A stretch of DNA of 64,000 nucleotides from NCBI GenBank assembly GCA_964016885.1, contig OZ024757.1, forward strand, positions 28,086,001 through 28,150,000, read 5' to 3'. Made by a program: the position numbers and the translations under genes. The stretch comes from Eledone cirrhosa (lineage: Eukaryota). The notes under the pieces are model-generated. The model did no database searches. It was not told where the DNA came from and was given only the letters and a program-made list of their open reading frames with translations. Shown here in pieces: positions 28,101 to 40,982 of this stretch (positions are counted from its first letter, which is position 1; each line of letters opens with the position of its first letter).

Positions 28101-31100
28101 AAATTGTAAATAATATATAATAAATAAAATCTTTAATTTATATATAATTTACATATAACAAATAATATAATATATACTATGTATAAATAAATATATATTT
28201 TTATTTGACTACATTTATATATATGTATCATTTGATATTTAAAATACTATTATATCATGTCTACCACCCCCTTAGGCCCCAGTGCCCCTCTGGATCTTTT
28301 CAATGCCCACAGGGGGCAATAACACCCACTTTGAGAACCTCTGATGTAGATTACTTGGTGTTAAGTTACAGGTGAATAACAAATTAACTAAAATGGTTGA
28401 ATATATGTAATTAACACAGATTACCTGTAATAGTTGTTAATTAAAGGTTAATATAGATTACCTGTAATAGTGGTTATTACATGTTAATTAATACAGGTAA
28501 TCTCTGTTAGTAGCCTATAACTAATAACTTTTACAGGTAATTAATTAAATTATCATCAACATTTAATGTCTGTTTACTGATGTACTGACAAATAGATTAG
28601 CTGTAATTATTAGTTACTATTACAGATTATCTGTAATAGGTATTAATTATAGACTAACAACACATCACATGTAATACTTAAATTATAGATTACCAATACA
28701 GATTACCTGTAATAGGTGTTAATTATAAACTAACAACACATCACATATAATACTTAAATTATAGATTATTAATACAGATTACCTGTAATAGAAAACTAGA
28801 AATAGAAATGCCTTCCTTATAATAGATACATGATAGTACTAGTACATAACTGTATTAGTTAGTTGACTATAGCAATACTGATATAGGAGTTATAATAGTT
28901 ATATTCTAGTACAGCACTAGTACAAGACTATAGCAATACTAATGTAGGAGTTATAATAGTTATATTATAGTACAGCACTAGTACATAAATGTATTAATGA
29001 CTAACACTTCCTCACCTATTAATTAGTTGACTGCAACAATGCAAAAGGCATTAGCTGTAATAGTTAGTGGAACACAGCAATAGCACTAGCAATAGTAGTA
29101 ACAGTAGCAGTAATAGTTTTAATAAATAGTTAGTTGATGACTGTTAAGAAAGAGAGGCCATGCTATGTTGTTCAGACAATGTTTTGTAACAACTGAGAAC
29201 AGGCAAGTTTGCAAAGCAGCTGAATGGCAGAGCTGTTTTAATAAGAAAGAGAGAGAGTATGTATATGAGTGAAAGAATGAGTGTGAAACCTTAGCAGTTA
29301 GTGTTCAACTCAAGATTGTAAGGTCAAGATATGATATCCTATACACCCAGTACACTCTGTAAAGTGGCTGGTGTTAGGACAGGCATTTAACCATAGAAAC
29401 CATACCAAATAAGTGAGATGTGGTCCTACAACATATCTAAGAATGCAGTAACTCTGAATAAGAATTGACTCAGACTGTGATGACCTGCCCGACCCATACC
29501 AGCATGGAAAGTGGCCATAAAATGATGATGATCACGATGACAATGATGATATCAGTTTATTAACATTTTGGCGTGATGGATTATAGAAAATTAAGAGACA
29601 TGCTTGCATGTGTGTGTTTGCGAGGCATGTGTATATGTGTAAGTGTGTGTATGACTGTGTGTGTATGCAGATGCTTATGAAGTATGTGTGTGAATGTGTT
29701 AACAAAATGTGTGTGTGTGTGTGTGTGTGAATATTAACATGGGATGCAGGGTCTATGAGGAGGGCGAGAAGCAGCCGGTACGTTGTTCCAGGGCCCAAGA
29801 GCTAAGAAGGCCCCACAGCAACCATGGAACATCCATTTTGAGAAAAATCTTTGCCTGCTTCGGGCCCCAAAGGGGTCTTATACCGCTATGCAAAATTTCT
29901 CTTGGAGGCCGTGATTGTATGTGTGTGTGTGTGTGTGTATTTATGAGGCATGAAGTGCATGTGAGTGTCTGAACTATGTGTGCGAATGTTTTAACATGAT
30001 GTGTGTGTGTGTGTAAAAGCACGAGTAAAACAAATGCTATTAGCTAGTGTGCTTCAGAAATAGCCTCTTAACAGCAATCACAGACGGCAAAGATCATTCC
30101 AGAGGTGTAAAAGAAGAGGATTAGAAAAAACAAAATGCCTCTTCAATTCATCAATAAACAGGTATCATTTACCATGTCGGAACTGTCTGTGATCCTGAGT
30201 CTACTTGCTAGGGAATTAGCCTTAAGTACATATTCTTTTACCTGGTAGAAGTAGATGGTGCTATCTCGAGCAAACGCCAATACAGGATCTATCACACGGT
30301 CACTTTCTGAAATTTGAATGATGACAAACTGCCAGGCTAGCAATGGCAGAGTGGATGAGTCACCCTGGGAATTATAAAAGATAAAACAAAAAAAAAAATG
30401 TGAGAATTAGAACAACAAAAATTTTACAAAATTTAGGAAGGACATCTATCTGTAAAAGAAAACAAAAAAAACTTGCCAAACAAAGAATTACAATGACTCT
30501 CCTGTCATTGCAAAAAGCACCCAGCCCATACTATAAGGTGGTCGTATAGGTGTCACAACAAAAAACACCCAGCCCACACTGTAAAGTGGTCATGAAGATG
30601 TCACGACAAAAAAAACCCAGCCCACACTGTAAACTGGTCGTGTAGGTGAAACGACAGAAAGCACCCAGCACAGACTGTAAATGTGGTTGGCATTAGGAAG
30701 GGCATCCAGCTGTAGAAATCTAGTCAGAAACAGTTCTATATGAGCAAGATACAGTCACCTGACCCAACTTGCCTCAAATGGAACAACCTGTCTAACCCAT
30801 GTTAGCATGGAAAATGGACGTTAAATGAAGATGATGATGATGTCATGTTAGACATGAAAGCTTATCTAGTGTTGATGATCTACATCAGGGGTTCTCAACC
30901 TTTTTTTCGCTGTGGACCAGCAAAATAGGTAATTTTTTCCTGTGGACCACCTAAACTTTTAAATCTTATGAGCATCAGTAGATGATTTTTTTCAATGAAT
31001 TAGAAAATGCTATTATCATGTCGCAGTGCCTAAAAATCTACGCAAATAAACAGCTGAAGTCGTACTTATGCGAAGAATAAGAACAGCGCTTTAAGTCAAA

Positions 31101-34100
31101 TGCATGGATCAAAAAAGAATTTGCTATTGAAAATTTTCTGTGGACCACCTGAATTTTCCTGTGGACCACTAGTGGTCCATATGGACCAGGTTGAGAACCC
31201 CTGATCTACATGATAAATGCATACAGTACACTCTGTAAAGTGGTTGATAGTAAGAAGGGCATCCAGTCATAGAAAGCTTGCCTCTTTAGTGTTGGAGCCC
31301 TGAGAAAATACTCCTAGTAAACTCTCTAAAGTGACTGGCAATCAAACAGACAATTTAGAGAACTGAGGAGTATTTAGTCTTATGTATCCAGTTTAGAATA
31401 GATATACCATACCCCTATATGTTGTAAGAAGTGACTAAATGGGTTAGGGTTGGGAAGGGCATCTGGCTGTAAAGCATTGCCTCAGAAAGTCTCGTCAAAC
31501 CCATGCCACCATAGAAAAATCAACATAAAAATGATGATGATACAAGATAATCTCTTTAGTGCTGGAGTCTTGATAAAATGCAACCCCAAGCTGCCACTGG
31601 TACTAATTTTGAGCTGAGTGAACTGAAACAATGCGAAATGAAATATCTTGCTCAAGGATAATATACCACCCAGTCTGGGATTGAAATCCACAACAAACAA
31701 GCAATGTGAAATGAAGTACCTTGCTCAAGGATGCAATACATAACTCAGTCTGGGAACCAAACCCATAATCATAGGATCATGAGCCCAACACCCTAACTAC
31801 TCGGTCATGTGCTTACACTAACAAAATTCATAGAACTTCTAAACTCACTGGAACTCAGAGAACAACATCATAACAATACAATACCTTTAATGGGTGAGTA
31901 AACATTATCTTCAGTTGGGGTCTCAAAGTCACAATTAATACCTGAAAAAGAGTTAATTTCAAAATTAGACAATTCGGCATCCATCATCATTAAACATCTA
32001 TTTTCCATGCTTCCTATTTATATTAAAATCTAACATAATTTTATCTAAAAACTATTTTTTAAGTAACTAGCTTAATATCGCTCTGATCAATCAACAAGAT
32101 CCCAAATTTCATTTGCTAGCTGAGTGAGGTGGTTCTCATCAAATCAGACCATGGAAATAATGTTTCCATTGGTCTTTCCATCTCTAATACTATCAACCAG
32201 TCACAACTCCTGGTAGAAGGAGCAACGTGAAATAAAGTGTCTTAGTCAAAGACACAACACAACGTATCACCTGGTCCGAGAATTGAACTTGCAACCTCAC
32301 AAGTGCGAATCCAACTCTCAAACCACTAAGCCACGCGCCTTCACTATAGCTTAATATAATTGCTTCTACTTTTGGCACAATGTCAGCAATTACCCCAGTG
32401 CATTACTGGTGCTTTATTTTATCGACCCTGTAAGGATGAAAGGCAAAGTTAACCTTGATGGGATTTGAACTGAGATCATAAAGGGCTGTAACTCTATGCT
32501 GCAAAACTTGGCATCTGACCCTCTACCGATACTGCCAGTCCACTGTAATGAAATCATAACATGTTTAAAACTGGCTCTTGTTCTATGAAATAAAACCACC
32601 CATTTTAAAGGGTTCCAATTTAAATTAAAATCTTCTAACTTAATTTTATATAAAAACCATGCGTTAAGTTACTGTGTTAGTAATGAAATAATTAATAATT
32701 TCAAAATATGAGGGTGTCTTTTATATACACTGAAAAATTTGTTAATTGTAGAGAGAAAAGAAATCTTCAAATTTTGGTGCAAATTGTATAGTTTATATGA
32801 ATCATTGTGAGATATGTAATTAAGAATGTATTGGAAAAGACGGTTCAATATGAATAGGAAATATGATAGTGAAACTAGAGTAGAGTAAAGTAAGAATAAT
32901 AAAATAAAACAATAGTTTTTATCCTGTATTTCATAATATGTTGAGGTTTGAATCTCTTTATCAAATGGAGAAAATACCACACTGACTTGTTCTTATGGCT
33001 ATTCTTATCAACAAGTATAAAACTAGTATTAACAACAGATCTGAACTACATGGTGCCAACTGTTCATCTGTGCATGTCCATTGTTTCCCAACTGTCAATC
33101 TTACAACAGAAAGTTGCTCATAAGACCAAAACAATTTGGTTTTGCTCTTCATTTGAAAAAGAGGTTCTAACCTCAAAATATTATGAAATATATATCTTAA
33201 GTATGGTCATTTGGTACCCAGTAAGGGTAATTAGACTTATACCAAGTAGAGATGATCCTCTTCTGAGTATCGAGCATCACTTGGTATCGATGCCTCCCAG
33301 ATGGGCATCAATACGAGAAGCGATAGTTAAACTTGAGCGGGTGTTTGGTCCACTCCTTCTCGAGCCTTGACTTTAAAATGTTGACTGAGGGTGCAACAAC
33401 TGTTTCTTGCTTGAGGTTGTTCCAGTGGTTGATCGCACATGTAGAAAAGAAGTGGTTCCTAGGACTTGGTTGTTGTTGCACCTGGAGCTTCCAGTTGTGT
33501 CCTCGGGTAGTCCTGCTGAGTGCCTCTCTCAACAGTACATTGCCACAGATGGGACACTTTCTCATGTACTATACTTTATTGAACTCTTTTAGTATTTTAA
33601 AAGCTTATATGATGTCTGCCCTCTGCCTCCTATACTCCAGCGTCAGGAGTCCCAGAGAAACTGTTGTTTTGTTTTGTCATTTTTACTTTACACTGTCCTT
33701 GGTGAAAACTGATTGTGAAACTCACCTTCGACAAAGATGCCATAGCCAAAATCATAACATCATGCATGGGATGGTCCTGTATGGTGTAATTCATATGAAG
33801 TGGTTCTATAACACACACCTCTCCTCGACTGGAAATAAACAGATACAGAGATAGACAATACTGAAGTGGGGTAGCACTGGTGAAAGATGTTGTTGGTGGA
33901 GGTGGTACGGGTAATGATGATGATGAATGGAGACTGTAGTGGTAGTGGTAGGGGTGATGATGATGGTTTTAGCTTGGAATGATGATCAGAAGAATAGTGG
34001 GAGGAGGAAAGATGAGGTGTTAGTGGTGGGATGGTGTCCATTGTGTGGCTATCGTTATTGTTGGGGTACTGAACATACCTTCCTGAAAACAGGCACTTAG

Positions 34101-37100
34101 ATTCGCAAGTCCTCACCCCAATCAACCTCCTGGTAAAGAAAAAAGAAAGAAAGGATAAATAAAATAATATATATATGTATATATATATACCTATATTATA
34201 ATATGGGGTTAACTGAGCAGGGATGTGCGGACCATATTATGGTCGGTCAGCTGTGAAGCAGATAAAAAGAAGCACTCAACGACCTGTATAAATGGTACAA
34301 GCCTGAGCATTATATTATTAAAAGATTGGAGGCCATAATCAGTTGATTCAGGTTTATTTAAAACTCCATAATACATATTTCACTGAGGACTATCAGACAG
34401 CAAAATCTATAAAACTTAAAAACATTGAAAGTTCCTCAAAAATATCTAAAAACTTCCTTGAAAAAAATCTTCTTTTCTTGATACAGGGGATGGCCAAATG
34501 TGTGACCAAGCTTAAACTTTGAAGTCAGACACTTTTTTTCTTACAAAATAAATTTCTACCCTCTATACACCATTATTGAGCACTCATTCACTTAATGCTT
34601 GAATGTTTTAAATACCTTGTTATTTTAAACACATAATATATATATATATATTGACAGTCAATCGACTTTCGTCAAATCAATGTTTCCATGGGTCTTTCCA
34701 ATTGCTAATACTATCTATTGGTTGCAAGTCCAGGTAGAAAGAGCAACGTGAAATAAAGTGTTTTGCCCAATGACATAACACATAGCCCGGTCCGGGAATC
34801 AAAATCACAACCTCACGATAACAAATCCAATTCTCTAACTACTCAGCCTTTATATATATATAAATAAAAGAAAAGATACTTACTTGAATTCAAGTTCAAA
34901 CACAGAACCTCCACTGTCACTGCACACAGCAATCACAGGGCTGTCAGTGAACTGAAAGACAGAACAACATTTATAAACAACTAGTAAAATCCTGTCGCTA
35001 TGCTGCTGGTAAAAATATTTGTTAATCATGTACATACCTTTATTATTATGTCTCAGTATTGTTGAATTATGCTTTAAATGTAAGAAATAACAATAACAAA
35101 ATTGTTGGAATGTTACCTTGGAAGTGGCTAATTAGTCTTTAATATTAAAGAATAATGAAACACCTCTAGTTTAGACTAGGTAGACTGATTGGTTTGATAT
35201 GGCTGGCTGGTTACTTACTTTAACATGTAGAACAGCAGTTCCAGGTGGATGAGCATCAGTGATGGTTCTCAGTAATTTACCATTTGTTAAATCCCACATG
35301 GTGATCTAGAAGACAAAATTGGGACAGAGATGAAACAATGAAATATGTGTGTGTGTCCTTGTTGGTATATGTGTCTGTGTTGGTGTGAGTGTGTGTGTTG
35401 GTAAGTGTGTGTGTGTGTCTGTGTCGGTGTGAGTATGTCTGTATGAATAGGAATATCTGTGTGAATGTGTGTATTTATGTGGGTAAGTGTGTGCATACAT
35501 GTCCATGTGTATCAGAGTGGTGTAAACAAAATTGGAATGTGGATGAAATAATAAAATCTGTATCTGTGTGTGTGTGTGTGCATGTTTGTGAGTATGTATG
35601 TAAGTGCATATGTATGTGAGTATGTGTCAAGGCAGAATTCTAGGAGAAGGAAAACTCTGATATAGCACCTGCAACCCTGATGGTATCCAATGATGTTGAC
35701 ATGTTCTTCTTTTTGGTAAATAACATCTTGGTTAAGAGAGTGGGACTGGCTTTGTGCAGTGCCTTTGCTCACTATAAAAGCTTCACGGCACAGGCATTGC
35801 TTTGTATCTGGAGATCTCTCTGCACTTGTCGTCAACATGATACCATGGGCCCAGCACTATGTGTCAATAATTGTCACAAGTTTGTACCAGAGTTTTCAAG
35901 TCGCTGGCTGGACTAAAAAGTCACACTCGTTCAGCGCATCGGTAGGGGTTCTCCTACATGGATATAAGGTAGTGGCCGTACTCGAAAACGAGTTGGCAGC
36001 CACCGTGTGAGTATGTGGTGTAAATGTGTATGTGTGTGCATGCATATGTGTGTATGTGGGATGATGGTGGTAGTAAATAATAATGATGATGATGATGATG
36101 ATGATGATGAATTAAAGCTGAAATATCTAGTTGTGTAATCAGTGCTAACAACGAATAAAGTAATGATAGATAGGTAGATAGATAGATAGACACAATGCAG
36201 ATTACCTGGCCTTTAGCAAAACCACAGAGTAAACGGGAGCAGTCTCTGTTGAAACTGAGGGCTGACACTGAACCATATTGAGCTCCTACGGCTGTACTGC
36301 CTAGACACCATTTCAATACTTGACGAGGATCTGAAAATAAGAAAACACACAGTGTTACCCACCAGTTGACATATTCAAAACATGCATATATATATAAGGT
36401 GTCTCCCAAAAATGTATACATACTTCAACAGCATTCTAATAAATATTGCCTGTACAGGTAATCAACGTGTGTATACATATTTTGGGGACACCCTATATAT
36501 TTAGGCACAATGCCAGCAACTTTGGTGAGTTGGTAAAGTGGGTTATATCGACCCCAGTTCTTTACTGGTATTATCTTATTAACCCTGAGAAGAGTGAAAC
36601 ACAAAGTTGGCCTTGATTGGATTGGAGCTCTGAATGTAAAGAGCCAAAACAAATACCGCAATAGTGTTTTTATGCAATGTTCTACCGATTATGCCAATTA
36701 TTCACCCCAACATGATAATAATAATAATAATTGTTTCTACTTTTGGCACAAGGCCAACAATTACCCAGCGCGTTACTGGTACTTTATTTTATCAACTCCG
36801 TAAGGATGAAAGGCAAAGTTAACCTCAGCGGGATTTGAACTCAGACCGTAAAGAGACGTAACTCTATGCGTCAAAGCATGGCGTCCGACCTTCTACCGAT
36901 ACTGCCAATCCACCGCAATGATAATAATAATAATGATTTCTGATTTAAGCACAAGGCCAACACTTTTCAGGGGAAAGGGGCAAGTCGATTAAATCGACCC
37001 CAGTGCTACTGGTGCTTTATTTTATTGACCCAGTAAGGATGAAAGGCAAAGTTAATCTCAGTGGGATTTGAACTCAGAATGTAAAGGGCCATAACTATAT

Positions 37101-40100
37101 GCCACAAAGTATTTGGTCCAATGCTCTACCAATACTGCCAATCTACTTGCCCTTTTAATAATAATAGCATTAATAAAGATAATAATAATTACAAAAGACT
37201 CACCAAAGACTAGTACAATGCCGTGAGATGTTCCGATTGCTATGAGAGATGCCACAGCCTGTAAAGAGAGGCAAACGTAAATATACAACAATAAAACTAC
37301 CAACAAGCAGATAACATGAAACAAACAAAGGTGATAGTCATAGAGGGAACACTGTAGAACATTAGCTGAATTGGTTATATAACTTTGGTTTTAGCTAAAC
37401 CTCAGTAAAAGGATGTATACCACAACATTCATTGAACTAAGTTCAAATTAACCATTTTGAGACCAACCGGCTTGAAACCACCCTTGGTTCTAAGATAAAA
37501 AAAAGCATTTAAAAAAAAAAGAGTTTATCATCTTTATCTAAAAACTTTGTCATACAAAATGCTCCCAGACATCAATTTAAGAAAGTTAGTTACTTCACTA
37601 AATCCATCAAAATCTTTGATTATTTTCAAAGTTAATTGAAAATAAGATAATTGAAATAAGATAACAAAAGTGTTAAACAACTTTTTACTTACTATTGCTG
37701 ATGGCTTCCCAGCATCCACTCTGTTCTGAAAAAAAAAGTTATATGTATTTATATTTATCATCCTCATCATTATCTTAATCATCATCATCATTTTAAGTCT
37801 ATTTTTCATGCTTGTATGGGTTATATGGGTTGTCATGTTTTGCAGTCAGATAGGCAAAGAATTGCAGCTTTTTGTGACACTTTATTACAATTGTTTCTAT
37901 ATCAATCAGCTCGGGTTTGATCATATATGTGTATATATATAGTGCAAGGAGACAACAAACAGAGGCACAAAAAGTCTTATTAGTTTCCCGCTTTTATATA
38001 TATATATATAGTAAAAGATATATATTTGAAAAGGGAAGTAAGGTTCTATACAAAACAGTGGTTATAGAGAAAAGGTTAAGTTGGAAATAGCATGGAAAAT
38101 ATATTTTAGGGTCTGTTTTTCTTTTTTTTTCTTTCTTTGATTTGTCAAAGTGACATTATTGAAAAAATGAGAGGGACAATTCTTTTAAAAAAGAGTTTTA
38201 TAATATATATAAAGTATATAAAGTATTACCGTATATATAATATATGCTTGTTTTATGGGTTTGTGTAATAAATACACTAAACATACTCTGAATTAAAGGA
38301 AGAAATATGATGGAATTCGAAACTTACTGCAGCAGACTTCAATTGTGCTGAAATATTCTTCAGTTTACTGGGTTTCAGTACAGTGCCATGAGCTTCTGAA
38401 GAACTTTGACTTTTGACTCTAGAAATGTTAATTGAAACAACATTCATGATGTATAACAAAAGAAAATACTAACTTTGAAATTATTATTCATACACACGAA
38501 TCATACAACCTGTCCTTCAATTTGAGGGAAAATCTTTTGTAGCTAGCAGTAGTAGTATCTCCCTGAACTTTCTCCATCCCATTCTCACACTGACTACTGT
38601 ACTTTTGGAACACCCACCTCCAAATATGATAACTGAAGCAGCCTCAGGAGTATACATATGATAACAGCAAGGAGTATATAATTTGAATATAACAGCCAGG
38701 AGCATATAAGAGAAATGGATCTTGGAGTACTCACGCTATCCTTTGTCTGGGTCGATCTGAGATGAGACTGTCCTGACTGGACATGGAGGACGTCTCAACA
38801 GAGTCCCCTTTGTACAGTTGGGACAAGGACCCAAGTTCCTCATCTTCCAACAGAAGTTCATCATCATCAGGCTACAAAGAGAAAAAACATAAATAAGCCT
38901 TTTGATACCAACCTTGCCAAAACTGGCTCTGGTTCTATGAAACAAAACAAACCATTTCAAAGGGTTGCTATTTGAATTAAAACCTTCCAACATAATTTCA
39001 TATTAGAACTATATATTAAGTTACTACCTTAGTCACAAAATATTAAATAAGTTTAGTAAATCACTCAAAATTATTCATTTATTGAAATAAAGTGTATTTC
39101 ATTAGAAATATGGCCACATAAGAGTTAAAACAATTGCAGGCTTATGTTGTTATTATTTAACCTCAGGTCAGACCTATGATCAATGACATTCCAGCTATGA
39201 TCATCACATTTTGTGTTTCTTTTTTTAGTTTGTTAGTCCCTTTTCCACACTTACTCTCTCCACCATTGCCATCTTCAGTTCTCATGTATTCCAGACCAGT
39301 ATCTCGCTTCAGTTCGTCAATATATGTGATATGATGTCCACCACACTTCTCTGTTCATCATTGTCATCTTCAGCTCCTGGATAGATTCCAGACCAGTATC
39401 TTGCTTCAGACCATCAATGTATGAGACATGACACTTCTCACTCTGTGCTGTGGATTTCATAAGACCATCTTTGATACTTCCTCTTCTGAATATTGTACAC
39501 AATGTCCTGATAGACTGAGTCAACATTCTCTGATCTTCTCACTTACTTTTGGGAGATTTCTGTTCCTTTTCTTGCTCTTGGCAGTCTTCACTAATAAATA
39601 TTTTGGAGTTTATGGTACACTATGTAGGAAAAAGAGATGATCACAGCAAGAAAACCTTAGGTCATAGGTCTGTTAGATCAAGATTGACCAAGGCGGGTGG
39701 TTAATTATGACTACTACAACAATAACAGCTTTAACCAACACCACCACCACCACTATTACTATTAACAGCTACTACTACAATAATTACTTCTACTATTACG
39801 AGACAGCTACTACATGGCCATTCAGACTGCTAGAAATATCAGTCAAATCACCTTCATATCACACTGAACTATCTTGAAAAGGAAAAGACACATTGGTTAA
39901 TATGTCCTGAAGAAAAATACTGGGTGGTCACCGGGGTCACCTCATCCAGAGCTAACCTAGAGCTAAACAACTATATCATAGCTACAATTATAGCTGCAGC
40001 TACTACTACAACAACTACAACACCTCTACTACACCATCCCAACACAAGTGTTTACAAAATAAGGTACTTACTGCATTAAGAATGCTTTCTAAAGTAGGTG

Positions 40101-40948
40101 GGGTCTCTACTGGGGGTAAATCAAATTCTTGAGCATCCAGCTGTGAAAAAAAGAGAGAAATTAGAGTTACATTTTTTTCCTGTTTGGTCAGGGAGGAACA
40201 GGTAATGTCACGATACTTTTCAGGGCCTCCAAAACTAATGTACTCAACAAAATGTTTACAGAATTCTGAAAACAATGTATTCAGTTAAATATTTATAAAT
40301 TCTAAAAGTAATGCACAAAAGTGAAATGTTTGCTAAATTCTGAATACAGTGTACTTTGTTTAATATTTACAATATTCTAAGTATAATATACTTCTTCAAA
40401 TGTTTACTAAATTCTAAATACCATGTTCCTAGTGAAATGTTTGCTAAACACTAAATATACTTGCTGAAATGTTTACTAAATTCTAAATATAATATACTTA
40501 GTGCAATGTTTACTAAATTCTACATATATACATGTACAGGCATGGCTGTGTTTGCTTCACATCAGCTTAATTTCAAGTTCAATATCATCACTGCGTGGCC
40601 CCTTGGGCAAGTGTCTTCTACTATAGCCTCAGATTGTCTTATATATATATATATGAATATATCAACAGCAGCAGCATCAACCCCTTACGTCCATTTTCCC
40701 CGCCTGCATGGGTTCGACGTGTTGTTACATTATAAGACAAGTCAGATCGGGTGACCATATCTTGCTCATAAGGATCTGTATTTTGGTTTGGTTTCCACGG
40801 CTCGATACCCTTTCTAACATCAACCACGTTACACACACACACACACCTTCCTGCTATTTCAAGCGTTAACCTAATATATTCCTTCCATATACTGTACCGA
40901 TTGTGTTGTTATTCCTGTTTACCTTTTACATACACACACACACCTATA

Positions 40949-40982
<34 letters not shown>

